Part shown: piece after piece, positions 29,224 to 38,605 of the stretch | Layout of the letters: every line of letters begins with the position of its first letter | How positions within the stretch are numbered: position 1 is the stretch's first letter | Source: an uncultured Candidatus Berkelbacteria bacterium | Lineage (GTDB): Bacteria; Patescibacteriota; UBA1384; XYA2-FULL-43-10; CAINNR01 | Direction of reading: 5' to 3' | DNA length: 54,863 nucleotides | Assembly (NCBI GenBank): GCA_903851235.1 | Contig: CAINNR010000028.1 | Location: 1 to 54,863 of the forward strand | Translations under genes and position numbers: made by a program | The notes under the pieces: model-generated | The model's database searches: none | What the model was told of the DNA's origin: nothing | The model's input: only the letters and a program-made list of their open reading frames with translations

Positions 29224-29622
29224 ATGGCTGAAGATAATTTTATTAAACGAACAAGTAAAAATTTGCCGGAGGGTTTTTGGCGGTTTCTTATTATTGGCGT
29301 CATCATCTACGCATTTATCATTGTCGGAAAAGTAATTTACGATAATTACGGTCAAAATAAAAGTATTGATGGTCAGCGAGCGGAAATTACGAATTTAAAG
29401 GATGAAATTGCCAGTTTGGAATTAAACATTGCTTACTATCAAACCGATACGTACAAAGAAAAAATTGCTCGGGCAAAACTTCGCTACGCCCTACCGGGGG
29501 AAACCGTTGTTGCTGTGCCGTATGACAGTGTTGCCATTCAAGCGGCGAAAGCTGCCAGCGCGCCGGCAGTTATTGCCAGGCCAAATATTGAATATTGGAA
29601 GATCTACTTTTTTGGAGAATAG
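29224..29622 (+). CDS. Septum-formation initiator family protein (FtsB/DivIC-like).
   Basis: N-terminal TM, a coiled coil (EITNLKDEIASLELNIAYYQ) and the conserved KLRYALPGE motif. Confidence 0.6.
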   Translation: MAEDNFIKRTSKNLPEGFWRFLIIGVIIYAFIIVGKVIYDNYGQNKSIDGQRAEITNLKDEIASLELNIAYYQTDTYKEKIARAKLRYALPGETVVAVPYDSVAIQAAKAASAPAVIARPNIEYWKIYFFGE

Positions 29623-29711
29623 TTGTAAATGTTATTTTAAACAAAAAAAGCTTTTTCAAGCTTTCTTTTTTTGTTTAAATCTTGTAGCTCTTATCATTTT
29701 GTTGTGTGGGG

Positions 29712-29788
29712 TGGTAGCAGGGGAGAGATTCGAACTCTCGACCCCAGGCTTATGAGTCCTGTGCTCTAACCAACTGAGCTACCCTGCC
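29712..29788 (-). tRNA. tRNA with CAT anticodon (Met, or Ile2-lysidine type); G1-U72 pair.
   Basis: Minus-strand cloverleaf: acceptor GGCAGGG/CCCTGCT, D-arm GCTCAGTTGGTTAGAGC, anticodon loop CTCATAA, T-arm GAGAG TTCGAAT CTCTC, discriminator A, CCA encoded. Confidence 0.75.
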
Positions 29789-29847
29789 GTGCGATACATA
29801 CTATGTTTTAGTATCAATTTGTATAATCTGCTATCTTAAAACTGATT

Positions 29848-29924
29848 TGGTTGCGGGAGTTGGATTTGAACCAACGACCTCGAGGTTATGGGCCTCGCGA
29901 GCTACCGGACTGCTCCATCCCGCA
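29848..29924 (-). tRNA. tRNA with CAT anticodon and an unusual C33 in the anticodon loop (CCCATAA); U1-A72 pair. It is a candidate initiator or a second Met/Ile2 isoacceptor.
   Basis: Minus-strand cloverleaf: acceptor TGCGGGA/TCCCGCA, D-arm GAGCAGTCCGGTAGCTC, anticodon stem CGAGG/CCTCG, T-arm GTTGG TTCAAAT CCAAC, discriminator A, CCA encoded. Confidence 0.7.
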
Positions 29925-30463
29925 TGAACAGTGTAGCAAGAAATCAACCTTGGGTCAACAAAATCTCAGATTTGCATCGATCGATTCAAATCTGAGATTG
30001 GAAATTGGTCTTAAGAATCAAGGTTATTTTTTTTCTGTAACAATCAGCACCGGAAGTAATGGGGGAACGTGGGGTGGGAGAAATATTTAGAGAAAACATG
30101 AAAAATATTAAATCGGAGGTAGTAGTAGAAAGCGCGCAAAATAAAACATCCCCTTTACTTAGAAAAAAAGGCGATAGCTCGCTTAAAAATAAATAATATT
30201 TTTCTCAGTCAGAAAAAATGGATTTTTTTCAACATCCGTTATCCAACATTATGCGACATATTGTCGTTGTCAGGACAAACCGCTGGGATAAAATTTCATT
30301 GGCTAATATTGATGTCAAGCAAAATTTTTGGAAAATTAAATCGAAATATATTTTTTCAAATAAAAAACTCGCCACTCGCTCCCCCGCTCGAGAAAAAAAG
30401 GAGTTGAAAATTGAGGGTAAAGCTGATAGAATTATTGTATCTAATCAAGAGCCAAGGAGAATA

Positions 30464-32296
30464 ATGAAAAATCGCCCCTCAGTTTGGAGTCGCGTCGCAC
30501 TTTATGCCATTATACTAATCATAATCGGCGTGATCGTTTCCGGCTATTACAACCAGAACAGCGCAAAAACGAAAAATGTTGCAATTTCGAATATTGTTAC
30601 TGATGTAACCGACGGAAAAGTTTCATCAATTGATGTCAAAGACAATCAGGTAACTGCCAACTTGAAAGATGGCACGAAGGAAATAGCGACAACGGAAACC
30701 GGCGCAACATTAAAAGATTACGGTATAACGCCGGATAAAATCTCAATCAATGTGACAAATACCAGTAACAGTGTCGCCTGGGTGACAATTCTCTCGACTC
30801 TGATACCAATTCTTTTAATAGGCGGATTTATTTGGTTTATGTTTCGCTCGGCTCAGGGTAATAACGCCAAGGCGATGAGTTTTGGTAAATCGAGGGCCAA
30901 ATTGGTTGGTGACACAAAAACCAGTTTCGAGGATGTTGCCGGTTTGGTTGAACCGAAACAGGAACTTTACGAAGTTGTTGAATTTTTGCGTATGCCATCG
31001 AAATTCAAAAAGCTGGGAGCGGAAATTCCACATGGCGTACTTTTGGTTGGGCCTCCGGGAACCGGCAAAACCCTTTTGGCTAAAGCCGTTGCCGGTGAAG
31101 CTAATGTCCCCTTCTTCTCCATCTCGGCATCGGAATTTGTTGAAATGTTTGTCGGTGTCGGCGCCTCACGGGTTCGTGACCTTTTTGTTAAAGCCAAGCG
31201 CAACGCGCCATCAATTATTTTCATTGACGAACTTGATGCCATCGGTCGTCAACGCGGAGCCGGACTTGGCGGTAGCCACGATGAACGCGAGCAAACTTTA
31301 AATCAGATTTTAGTTGAAATGGATGGTTTTGATACCGATTCATCTGTCATTGTAATCGCGGCAACTAATCGTCCGGACATTTTGGACGCGGCTCTTCTTC
31401 GGCCCGGCCGGTTTGACCGTCAAATCGCCATTGATCTGCCGGACAAAAACGAGAGGAATGAAATCCTGCGCGTTCACACCAAAAGCAAACCATTGGCCGA
31501 TTCAGTCAATCTGGAAAAAATTGCTAAATCAACCGCCGGCTTTTCCGGCGCCGATTTACGAAATCTGATGAATGAAGCAGCAATTTTGGCAGCCAGAGAA
31601 AACAACAAAACTGTCAGTCAGACAAATTTAGATAACGCGATTGAAAAAGTTATGATGGGACCGGAACGTCGAAGTCGAGTGTTATCAACAGAGGAAAAAA
31701 AGATTACCGCTGTCCACGAATCCGGCCATGCAATCGTTTCACACCTGCTCCCCAACTCCGACCCGGTACACAAAATTTCAGTTATTTCTCGCGGCATGGC
31801 GCTGGGCTACACCTGGAGTTTGCCGCAAGAGGATCGTCGGCTGATGTCAAAATCGAAATTCCTTGACGATTTGGCGGCAATGTTGGCCGGACGAGCGGCA
31901 GAGGAAATTTTCTTCGGCGAAATCACCACTGGCGCCCAAAATGATTTGCAACGAGCGACGAAATTGGCCCGAAAAATGGTCACAGAGTTTGGTATGAGCG
32001 ATGCAATGGGTCCTCAAACTTACGGTGAAAAAGAGGAGATGATATTTTTGGGCCGGGAAATTTCCGAATCAAAAAATTACAGTGACGAGGTGGCGGCAAA
32101 AATTGACAAAGAGGTTTCATTAATTATTGACGGAGCATATCGACTGGCGAAAAGAACCATCAGCGCAAATAAAAAAATTCTCGACAAACTTTCTGCTGAT
32201 TTGCTGAAAAAAGAGGTAATCGTCGAAGATGAATTTTTGACCTATTTTCCGAAAGAAGTCCAACGCAAAGTCAAAGCCGAAGAAAAAATTGTCTAA
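30464..32296 (+). CDS. ftsH: ATP-dependent zinc metalloprotease FtsH.
   Basis: Two N-terminal TM helices. AAA Walker [14 protein letters not shown]. Walker [32 protein letters not shown]. Zinc motif HESGHAIV. The start is taken at MKNRPS after an AGGAGA RBS. Confidence 0.9.
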   Translation: MKNRPSVWSRVALYAIILIIIGVIVSGYYNQNSAKTKNVAISNIVTDVTDGKVSSIDVKDNQVTANLKDGTKEIATTETGATLKDYGITPDKISINVTNTSNSVAWVTILSTLIPILLIGGFIWFMFRSAQGNNAKAMSFGKSRAKLVGDTKTSFEDVAGLVEPKQELYEVVEFLRMPSKFKKLGAEIPHGVLLVGPPGTGKTLLAKAVAGEANVPFFSISASEFVEMFVGVGASRVRDLFVKAKRNAPSIIFIDELDAIGRQRGAGLGGSHDEREQTLNQILVEMDGFDTDSSVIVIAATNRPDILDAALLRPGRFDRQIAIDLPDKNERNEILRVHTKSKPLADSVNLEKIAKSTAGFSGADLRNLMNEAAILAARENNKTVSQTNLDNAIEKVMMGPERRSRVLSTEEKKITAVHESGHAIVSHLLPNSDPVHKISVISRGMALGYTWSLPQEDRRLMSKSKFLDDLAAMLAGRAAEEIFFGEITTGAQNDLQRATKLARKMVTEFGMSDAMGPQTYGEKEEMIFLGREISESKNYSDEVAAKIDKEVSLIIDGAYRLAKRTISANKKILDKLSADLLKKEVIVEDEFLTYFPKEVQRKVKAEEKIV

Positions 32297-32329
32297 CATT
32301 TAAGCTTTAAGTTTTTATATTAATTATAT

Positions 32330-33922
32330 ATGTGGAAACGATTTCAGAATTTCGTTCATAAGGAAAACTCGCTTATCGGAGCGGCGGGAGTTTTGATTGT
32401 CACCACAACACTGTCAAATGTTTTGGGGCTTTTACGTGACCACTACTTGGCAAGAAATATTGCCACGGCCAATCTTGATATTTACTACGCCGCTTTTCGC
32501 ATTCCGGATTTGATTTTCAACGTTTTAATTTTCGGCGCAATCTCGGCCGCTTTTATTCCGGTTTTCACCGAACATTTGGCAAAAAATGAAAAAGAACAAG
32601 CTTTCAAATTAGCAAATTCTTTGATTTCACTCGGCGCCGCAATTCTAATCATTCTAGCCATAATTCTCTATATTTTTATGCCTTGGCTGTCGCACATTAT
32701 TGTCCCTAATTTTGACAGTTTTAGAATGGCAAAAACCGTTCAGCTTTCAAGAATATTGCTTCTGACACCAATCTTTTTCTCAGTTTCCTATTTTATCGGT
32801 GGAATGCTCAATTCATTCAAGCGCTTTATCGCCTACTCTTTTGCACCAATTGTTTATAATCTTTCAATTATCATAGCCGCTATCTTCTTTGCCGGCAGAT
32901 TTGGCGTTGTTTCCGTTGCTTGGTTTGTTGCATTGGGCGCATTTCTTCACATACTGGTTCAAATCCCAACGGCAGTTCGGCTTGGCTGGCGTTTTCGATT
33001 ATTATTTAATTACAAAGATTCTGGCGTGGTTAGAGTCGCCAGATTGATGATTCCGCGAGCGATTGGTATGGGAGCCAACAACATTCTTTTGGTAGTATAT
33101 ACTGCGATCGCTTCAGCTTTGGCTGTCGGTTCAATCGCAGTTTTTAATTTGGCCAATAATATCCAAACAATGCCGACGGTGGTTTTTGCCACCTCATTCT
33201 CAACAGCAGTGTTCCCGACTTTGGCTCACCGAGCATCGATCGGTGATCATGAGAGTTTTTCCTCGTATTTAACCCGTTCAATGCGAGTTATCATTTATCT
33301 TTTGGTACCGTCAACGGTAATTTTTATCTTACTCCGCGCCCAAATTATCCGTTTGATTTTAGGTAGCGGAAAATTCAGTTGGAGTGATACCAGAATGGCG
33401 GCCTTAACCTTGGGTTGGTTCTCATTTTCCTTAGTTGCGCAGGGTTTAATCCCGCTTTTTGCCAAGGCGTTTTATGCAAGGCACGACACGCGCACCCCAA
33501 CAATAATTTCTGTTATTTCAATTATCATCAGCATTGCCGTCGCCTACCCATTGTCAAAATCGATGGGTGTTGCCGGACTGGCATTGTCATTTTCAATCGG
33601 CAGTTATTTTAACGCTTCGGTCTTATATATTTGGCTTTACAAATTAGTGCCGAAAATTTTCAACTTGGAAATCGTTTGGTCGGTGTTAAGAATTATCCTC
33701 GCCGGTATTATTATGGCAGTTGTCGTTCGCTACTTTGGGCATTATTTGTACAACTATTTCAACATGCTGAAATTCTTTGGAGTTTTGGGTCAAACACTTG
33801 TTACGGCTTTAGTCGGATCATTGGTATATATTATTGTTAGCTACTTTCTTGGTTGCGAAGAACTAATTTGGGCGATAAAGCGGAGAGTTAATGTTAAGCC
33901 GGAGCCACAACCACAAGAATAA
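32330..33922 (+). CDS. murJ: Lipid II flippase MurJ (MviN family).
   Basis: About 14 TM helices. N-terminal LGLLRDHYLARNIATANLDIYYAAFRIPDLIFNVL is the family signature. Confidence 0.8.
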   Translation: MWKRFQNFVHKENSLIGAAGVLIVTTTLSNVLGLLRDHYLARNIATANLDIYYAAFRIPDLIFNVLIFGAISAAFIPVFTEHLAKNEKEQAFKLANSLISLGAAILIILAIILYIFMPWLSHIIVPNFDSFRMAKTVQLSRILLLTPIFFSVSYFIGGMLNSFKRFIAYSFAPIVYNLSIIIAAIFFAGRFGVVSVAWFVALGAFLHILVQIPTAVRLGWRFRLLFNYKDSGVVRVARLMIPRAIGMGANNILLVVYTAIASALAVGSIAVFNLANNIQTMPTVVFATSFSTAVFPTLAHRASIGDHESFSSYLTRSMRVIIYLLVPSTVIFILLRAQIIRLILGSGKFSWSDTRMAALTLGWFSFSLVAQGLIPLFAKAFYARHDTRTPTIISVISIIISIAVAYPLSKSMGVAGLALSFSIGSYFNASVLYIWLYKLVPKIFNLEIVWSVLRIILAGIIMAVVVRYFGHYLYNYFNMLKFFGVLGQTLVTALVGSLVYIIVSYFLGCEELIWAIKRRVNVKPEPQPQE

Positions 33923-34553
33923 AAATGTTGACGGCCTGACTCGCAAAACAAGAGTGCGGGACGATTCATTTTTTGCCGATCTCGACCGAGCAAAAAATAA
34001 GTTCGGAGGATTTTGGACTATAACTGTTATAATTTTGCTGATAATTTTTATCGGAGTAATCTACTTTGCAGTTGATTTGAAACGAACGAATATTGAAATT
34101 GGCAATTCAAGCAACAATATCGATGAAAATATCGATCTGTCATTTGCCGATCGATTATCAACAATCGGCAGTCTTGGAGTCACCAACCTATCGTTTAACA
34201 GTCAGGAATTCACCGTTGCCAGTGGCGCCAACGGCTCGGATTTCCCGCTAAAAGACAGCCAATTTAATTTATCAAAAAATCAAATATTTCTGTCGGGGAA
34301 GGTTCGCGATTCTTGGATTCCGATTCCGGTTAAACTAAAAATCGACGCCGTTGTGACCGGGAATAAATTTTTATTTATAGTCGCGCCGAACGACCTGGGA
34401 AACATTGTTGTTTATGGTCAGAATAAAAATAAAATTGAACAAACATTCGATCAAAATATTAACCTTGTATTAAAGGATAATAATATGATTGCCAAAAGTT
34501 TATCAATTTCAGACAACCAAATTGAATTTCAGTTAATTAAGGAGCCGAAATGA
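33891..34553 (+). CDS. Hypothetical membrane-anchored protein (single TM).
   Basis: ORF with TM WTITVIILLIIFIGVIYFAV. The start overlaps the MurJ 3 end, so the true start may be downstream. Confidence 0.35.
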   Translation: MLSRSHNHKNKNVDGLTRKTRVRDDSFFADLDRAKNKFGGFWTITVIILLIIFIGVIYFAVDLKRTNIEIGNSSNNIDENIDLSFADRLSTIGSLGVTNLSFNSQEFTVASGANGSDFPLKDSQFNLSKNQIFLSGKVRDSWIPIPVKLKIDAVVTGNKFLFIVAPNDLGNIVVYGQNKNKIEQTFDQNINLVLKDNNMIAKSLSISDNQIEFQLIKEPK

Positions 34554-35197
34554 AAGCGCTTTGCATTTCTGATGTTCATGCCAAAATTGGTTTTTTGCAG
34601 GTGTTTAAAAATTATTTAATTTCAAAAAAACCGGAGTTGATATTATTTACCGGCGACATTGTTAACGGCGGACAAGAAACCGATTATTTGGCAAAATTTG
34701 ATCAAATTATTAACGACCTCGAAATTCCACTTTTTTGGGTTCCCGGTAACAACGATATAGGGCCGGTACATGAGTTAATGCGAAAGAAAAAATATTCAGT
34801 CGAAGGGAAGTTAGTGGAGTTTGGAAATGAAAAAATTGTTGGCATGGATGGCGTTCCTGATCTTTGGGGTCACGGAATTTCCTATCCGCAGATAAAAGAG
34901 GAAGATTTGCAAGATAGTATATTTCTCTCGCATATACCACCAAAGAATTTTAAAGATCTGCGTAAATTTGATCACAAGGAAATCGATAAAACGGTCAAAC
35001 TAAAACACGCGCCAAAAATTCAAATTTCCGGGCACCAGCATTCTTACTGGGGTGTCGGCTATATCGGCAGAACCAAAATTCTGAAATTGCCGGCCGGCCT
35101 TAATCTAATGGCGGCAACTCTGGACACAAAAAGTCTGAAAGTTGAATTTATTGATTTGTCGAACTACAATAAATTAAATAAAGTGATACTGAGGTAA
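34550..35197 (+). CDS. Metallophosphoesterase (calcineurin-like phosphoesterase).
   Basis: Motifs ISDVHAK, FTGDIVNGG, GNND and GHQH. Confidence 0.7.
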   Translation: MKALCISDVHAKIGFLQVFKNYLISKKPELILFTGDIVNGGQETDYLAKFDQIINDLEIPLFWVPGNNDIGPVHELMRKKKYSVEGKLVEFGNEKIVGMDGVPDLWGHGISYPQIKEEDLQDSIFLSHIPPKNFKDLRKFDHKEIDKTVKLKHAPKIQISGHQHSYWGVGYIGRTKILKLPAGLNLMAATLDTKSLKVEFIDLSNYNKLNKVILR

Positions 35198-35213
35198 AAT
35201 CAAAAGGAAAATT

Positions 35214-36047
35214 ATGAAATTAGGCGCTCACATTTCAACATCAGCTCCATTTTCTGAGACGATAAACCGCGCCCAAAGTTTGGGTTGCGAATGCATGCAG
35301 ATTTTTACCAATCCGCCACAACGTTGGAATCCGGTTGCGATTCCGAAAAAAGAGATGGCGAAATTCGTCGATTTGAATAATAAAGCCAACATTAACCCGA
35401 TAATTATCCATAGCATATACTTGATAAATTTGGCCTCTGACAATCCGTTTTTTTACGAAGCTTCAATTAAATCTTTAATTGATGATATGAAAAAAGCCGC
35501 CGAAATTGGAGCGTTGGGAGTTAACTTTCATGTCGGCTCAACCAAAGGCAAAAAATTTTCCGAAGTAATCGATAAAGTTGCGCTTGGAATCAAAACCGTT
35601 TTAACCGCCAGCGAAAAACCGTTTTTAATTTTGGAAAATTCCGCTGGTGCCGGCGATATTATTGGTGATAAATTTGCCGAGTTGGCGGAAATTATCGACA
35701 AGGTCAAATCCCCGCGGTTGAAAGTAACTCTCGATACGGCCCATGCTTTCGGCTCCGGATATAATCTGGCGACCGCTGATGGCTTGGAGCAAACTTTGGC
35801 TGAATTTGAAAAATTTATTGGTCTTAATAAACTAGTCTGTTTGCATTTAAATGATTCGGCAGTGCCGTTATTTTCCAACCGCGACCGACACGCTAATATC
35901 GGTTCGGGTTTTATTGGGCGCCAAGCTTTTGAGCGAATTATTAATCATCCCAAACTTAAAAATTTACCCGGTATTATTGAAACTCCGGGAATGAAAACCG
36001 CTGAAGAGCAAAACGACTTGGAAATTTTGAAGAGTTTGAGGAAATAA
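35214..36047 (+). CDS. nfo: Endonuclease IV (AP endonuclease family 2, xylose-isomerase-like TIM barrel).
   Basis: MKLGAHIS start, NFHVGS, and the HL.D metal-ligand pattern (LHLNDS); 277 aa. Confidence 0.8.
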   Translation: MKLGAHISTSAPFSETINRAQSLGCECMQIFTNPPQRWNPVAIPKKEMAKFVDLNNKANINPIIIHSIYLINLASDNPFFYEASIKSLIDDMKKAAEIGALGVNFHVGSTKGKKFSEVIDKVALGIKTVLTASEKPFLILENSAGAGDIIGDKFAELAEIIDKVKSPRLKVTLDTAHAFGSGYNLATADGLEQTLAEFEKFIGLNKLVCLHLNDSAVPLFSNRDRHANIGSGFIGRQAFERIINHPKLKNLPGIIETPGMKTAEEQNDLEILKSLRK

Positions 36048-36091
36048 GTCTTACAGTGGTTTTTTGAGCTCAAACGTGATAAGATTGCAGT

Positions 36092-37960
36092 ATGGAACTA
36101 TCAAAAATTAGAAACTTCTGTATAATCGCCCATGTGGATCACGGTAAGTCGACTTTGGCTGACCGAATGTTGGAAATTACTCACACAGTTGAAATGCGCA
36201 ATATGCAGGACCAAATTCTTGACCAAATGGATTTGGAACGGGAACGGGGAATTACAATCAAACTGGCACCAGTGCGGATGGAGTGGATACCAACAAATGT
36301 CGAAATCAGAATTAGGAATGATGAACAAAACTCAAACCTCGACATCCAATCTCCGGATTCAGAAATAATAAATTCAAAATTTGTCTTGAATCTCATTGAC
36401 ACTCCCGGGCATGTGGATTTTTCCTACGAGGTTTCGCGCTCTTTGGCGGCGGTTGAAGGCGCAATTTTGTTGGTTGATGCCTCACAGGGAATCGAGGCCC
36501 AAACACTGTCGACACTTTATTCGGCTCTGGAACACGATCTGGAAATTATTCCGGTACTGAATAAAATTGATTTGCCGGCGGCTCGACCGGAGGAAGTGAA
36601 ACACGAAATTATCAAACTTCTGGGTTGCTCTGAATCAGATATTATTATGGCTTCAGGCAAAACCGGCGAGGGCGTGGAAAATATATTAAATGAAATTATC
36701 AAACGTGTTCCGGCGCCGAAAGGCGACATCAACAAAAACCTCAAGGCTCTAATTTTCGATTCCGTCTATGATCCCTATCGGGGGGTTGTCTCCTATCTGC
36801 GTGTTATTGATGGTCAATTAAAAGATTCCGATGAAATATTATTGATGCAGACCAACAGTCAGGGTAGGGCAGAGGAGGTTGGAATTTTTCGGCCAAAATT
36901 GATCGCCCGTTCTCCCCTATCGGCAGGGGAAATTGGCTACTGCGTCACCGGTTTTCGCGAAGTATCTCAGGCCGCCGTCGGCGACACCGTGACATTAAAA
37001 AAAGCAATTGCCGATTCCCCTCTTCCGGGATACAAAAAAGTTAAGCCCTATGTTTTTGCTTCAATTTATGTCTCCGAGGGTGATAAATACCCAGAGCTAA
37101 AGGATGCGATCGAGAAATTAAAACTAAATGACGCTTCCCTTTCCTACGAAGCCGAGCGTTCAGAAGTTTTGGGCTTCGGTTTTCGCTGTGGTTTTTTGGG
37201 ACTTCTGCATATGGATATTATCCGCGAGCGGCTGGAGCGCGAATTTAATCTGGATATTGTCATTACCAGTCCGACGGTTGAGTATCATATTACGAAAAAT
37301 AACGGCGAGAAAATGATTGTCGAGCGGGCATCCGATATGCCGGAGGCTAACAGTTATCAAACCATCGCCGAGCCGTGGGCGACGCTGGAAATTATAACGC
37401 CGAAAGACTACATTGGCAACATTATGGACATCGCCCAGAAAAAACGGGCGACTTACAAAAATACCGAGTATTTTGACGATGGCCGGGCGCTTCTGAAATA
37501 TCAAATTCCCCTAGCGGAACTTATCATTGATTTTTATGATCAGTTAAAAACCGTTTCTTCCGGTTATGCTTCGATGAATTACGAGATTCTTGATTGGCGT
37601 CAAGCCGATTTGTCCAAAATTGATATTCTAATCGCCGAGGATAGAGTTGATGCGCTCAGTTTTATTGCTTTTACACCAAACTCACAATCAGAAGCGAGAA
37701 GAATTGTTAAACGGCTGAAAGAGTTAATTCCTCGGCAGAATTTCGAGGTCAAAATTCAAGCAGCAATCGGTGGTTCTATTATTGCATCCGAGCGAATATC
37801 AGCGATGCGAAAAGATGTTACCGCCAAATTGTATGGCGGCGATGTTACGAGAAAAAACAAACTTTTGGACAAGCAAAAAAAAGGCAAAAAGAAGATGAAA
37901 CAGATTGGCCGTGTAAACATGCCATCTGACATTTTTATCAAAGTTCTAAAAAACGAATGA
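36092..37960 (+). CDS. lepA: Elongation factor 4 (LepA), carrying a ~20-aa insertion in the G domain.
   Basis: G1 AHVDHGKSTL, G3 DTPGH and G4 NKID. LepA-specific C-terminal domain. The insert is NVEIRIRNDEQNSNLDIQSPDSEI. TGA stop. Confidence 0.9.
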   Translation: MELSKIRNFCIIAHVDHGKSTLADRMLEITHTVEMRNMQDQILDQMDLERERGITIKLAPVRMEWIPTNVEIRIRNDEQNSNLDIQSPDSEIINSKFVLNLIDTPGHVDFSYEVSRSLAAVEGAILLVDASQGIEAQTLSTLYSALEHDLEIIPVLNKIDLPAARPEEVKHEIIKLLGCSESDIIMASGKTGEGVENILNEIIKRVPAPKGDINKNLKALIFDSVYDPYRGVVSYLRVIDGQLKDSDEILLMQTNSQGRAEEVGIFRPKLIARSPLSAGEIGYCVTGFREVSQAAVGDTVTLKKAIADSPLPGYKKVKPYVFASIYVSEGDKYPELKDAIEKLKLNDASLSYEAERSEVLGFGFRCGFLGLLHMDIIRERLEREFNLDIVITSPTVEYHITKNNGEKMIVERASDMPEANSYQTIAEPWATLEIITPKDYIGNIMDIAQKKRATYKNTEYFDDGRALLKYQIPLAELIIDFYDQLKTVSSGYASMNYEILDWRQADLSKIDILIAEDRVDALSFIAFTPNSQSEARRIVKRLKELIPRQNFEVKIQAAIGGSIIASERISAMRKDVTAKLYGGDVTRKNKLLDKQKKGKKKMKQIGRVNMPSDIFIKVLKNE

Positions 37961-38029
37961 GTTATTTTGTGGTAGCAATATCGCAAAAATTATCTGAGAT
38001 TAAAAAAAGGGCCAACTACGGCCCATGGG

Positions 38030-38269
38030 TTAGAGTTCTGGTTTGTCTGAATCGGTAATAATTTTGACTTTGATTGATGGATCATTTTTGTTCCGGGCAC
38101 GAATATCCTCACAGCGTTTTGCAGCCGCTGTCCGGTCGGAGAAAACACACTTTTTATCGCAACGGATGACCCAAGCCGATCCGTTCCAATAACGCAAAGG
38201 ATGACGAGGATCTTCTGGTATTTCCTTACAGATTACCCAGTGCTGTTGATCTTCTGCCACTGACATCAC
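38030..38269 (-). CDS. Hypothetical small protein.
   Basis: ORF only. Confidence 0.25.
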   Translation of the reverse strand: MMSVAEDQQHWVICKEIPEDPRHPLRYWNGSAWVIRCDKKCVFSDRTAAAKRCEDIRARNKNDPSIKVKIITDSDKPEL

Positions 38270-38372
38270 TCCCCTCGAATGATAAAAGCATATACTTTGT
38301 ATAGGTTAATGTCAATCAATTACCTCTAAAAGTTGATTTTGTTCTTGATTTCTGTTAAGATATTTCTATTGT

Positions 38373-38447
38373 GCACCGCTAGCTCAATGGTAGAGCAGTG
38401 GCCTTTTAAGCCATTGGTTCCGAGTTCGAGCCTCGGGCGGTGTACCA
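38373..38447 (+). tRNA. tRNA-Lys (anticodon TTT).
   Basis: Acceptor GCACCGC/GCGGTGT, D-arm GCTCAATGGTAGAGC, anticodon stem GTGGC/GCCAT with loop CTTTTAA, T-arm CCGAG TTCGAGC CTCGG, ACCA. A terminator hairpin lies at 38457..38479. Confidence 0.85.
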
Positions 38448-38456
38448 ATTAAATTT

Positions 38457-38479
38457 GTAGCTCTTGGAGCTACTTTTTT
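38457..38479 (+). terminator. Rho-independent terminator after tRNA-Lys.
   Basis: GTAGCTC TTG GAGCTAC followed by TTTTTT. Confidence 0.6.
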
Positions 38480-38552
38480 AGTAGAGCAGTCTAGCAGTTA
38501 GAGATATTTTCATTTTAGGTTTATGAATAAAAAGTAATTCATCTTTTGTTTT

Positions 38553-38588
38553 AAAAAAAATCCCCTCAGTCGTGAAGACCAGAGGGGA
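38553..38588 (-). terminator. Rho-independent terminator of the MVP-like gene.
   Basis: On the minus strand: CCCCTCTGGTCTTCACGACTGAGGGG followed by ATTTTTTTT. Confidence 0.6.
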
Positions 38589-38605
38589 CGGTTGTGACTT
38601 TGTGG

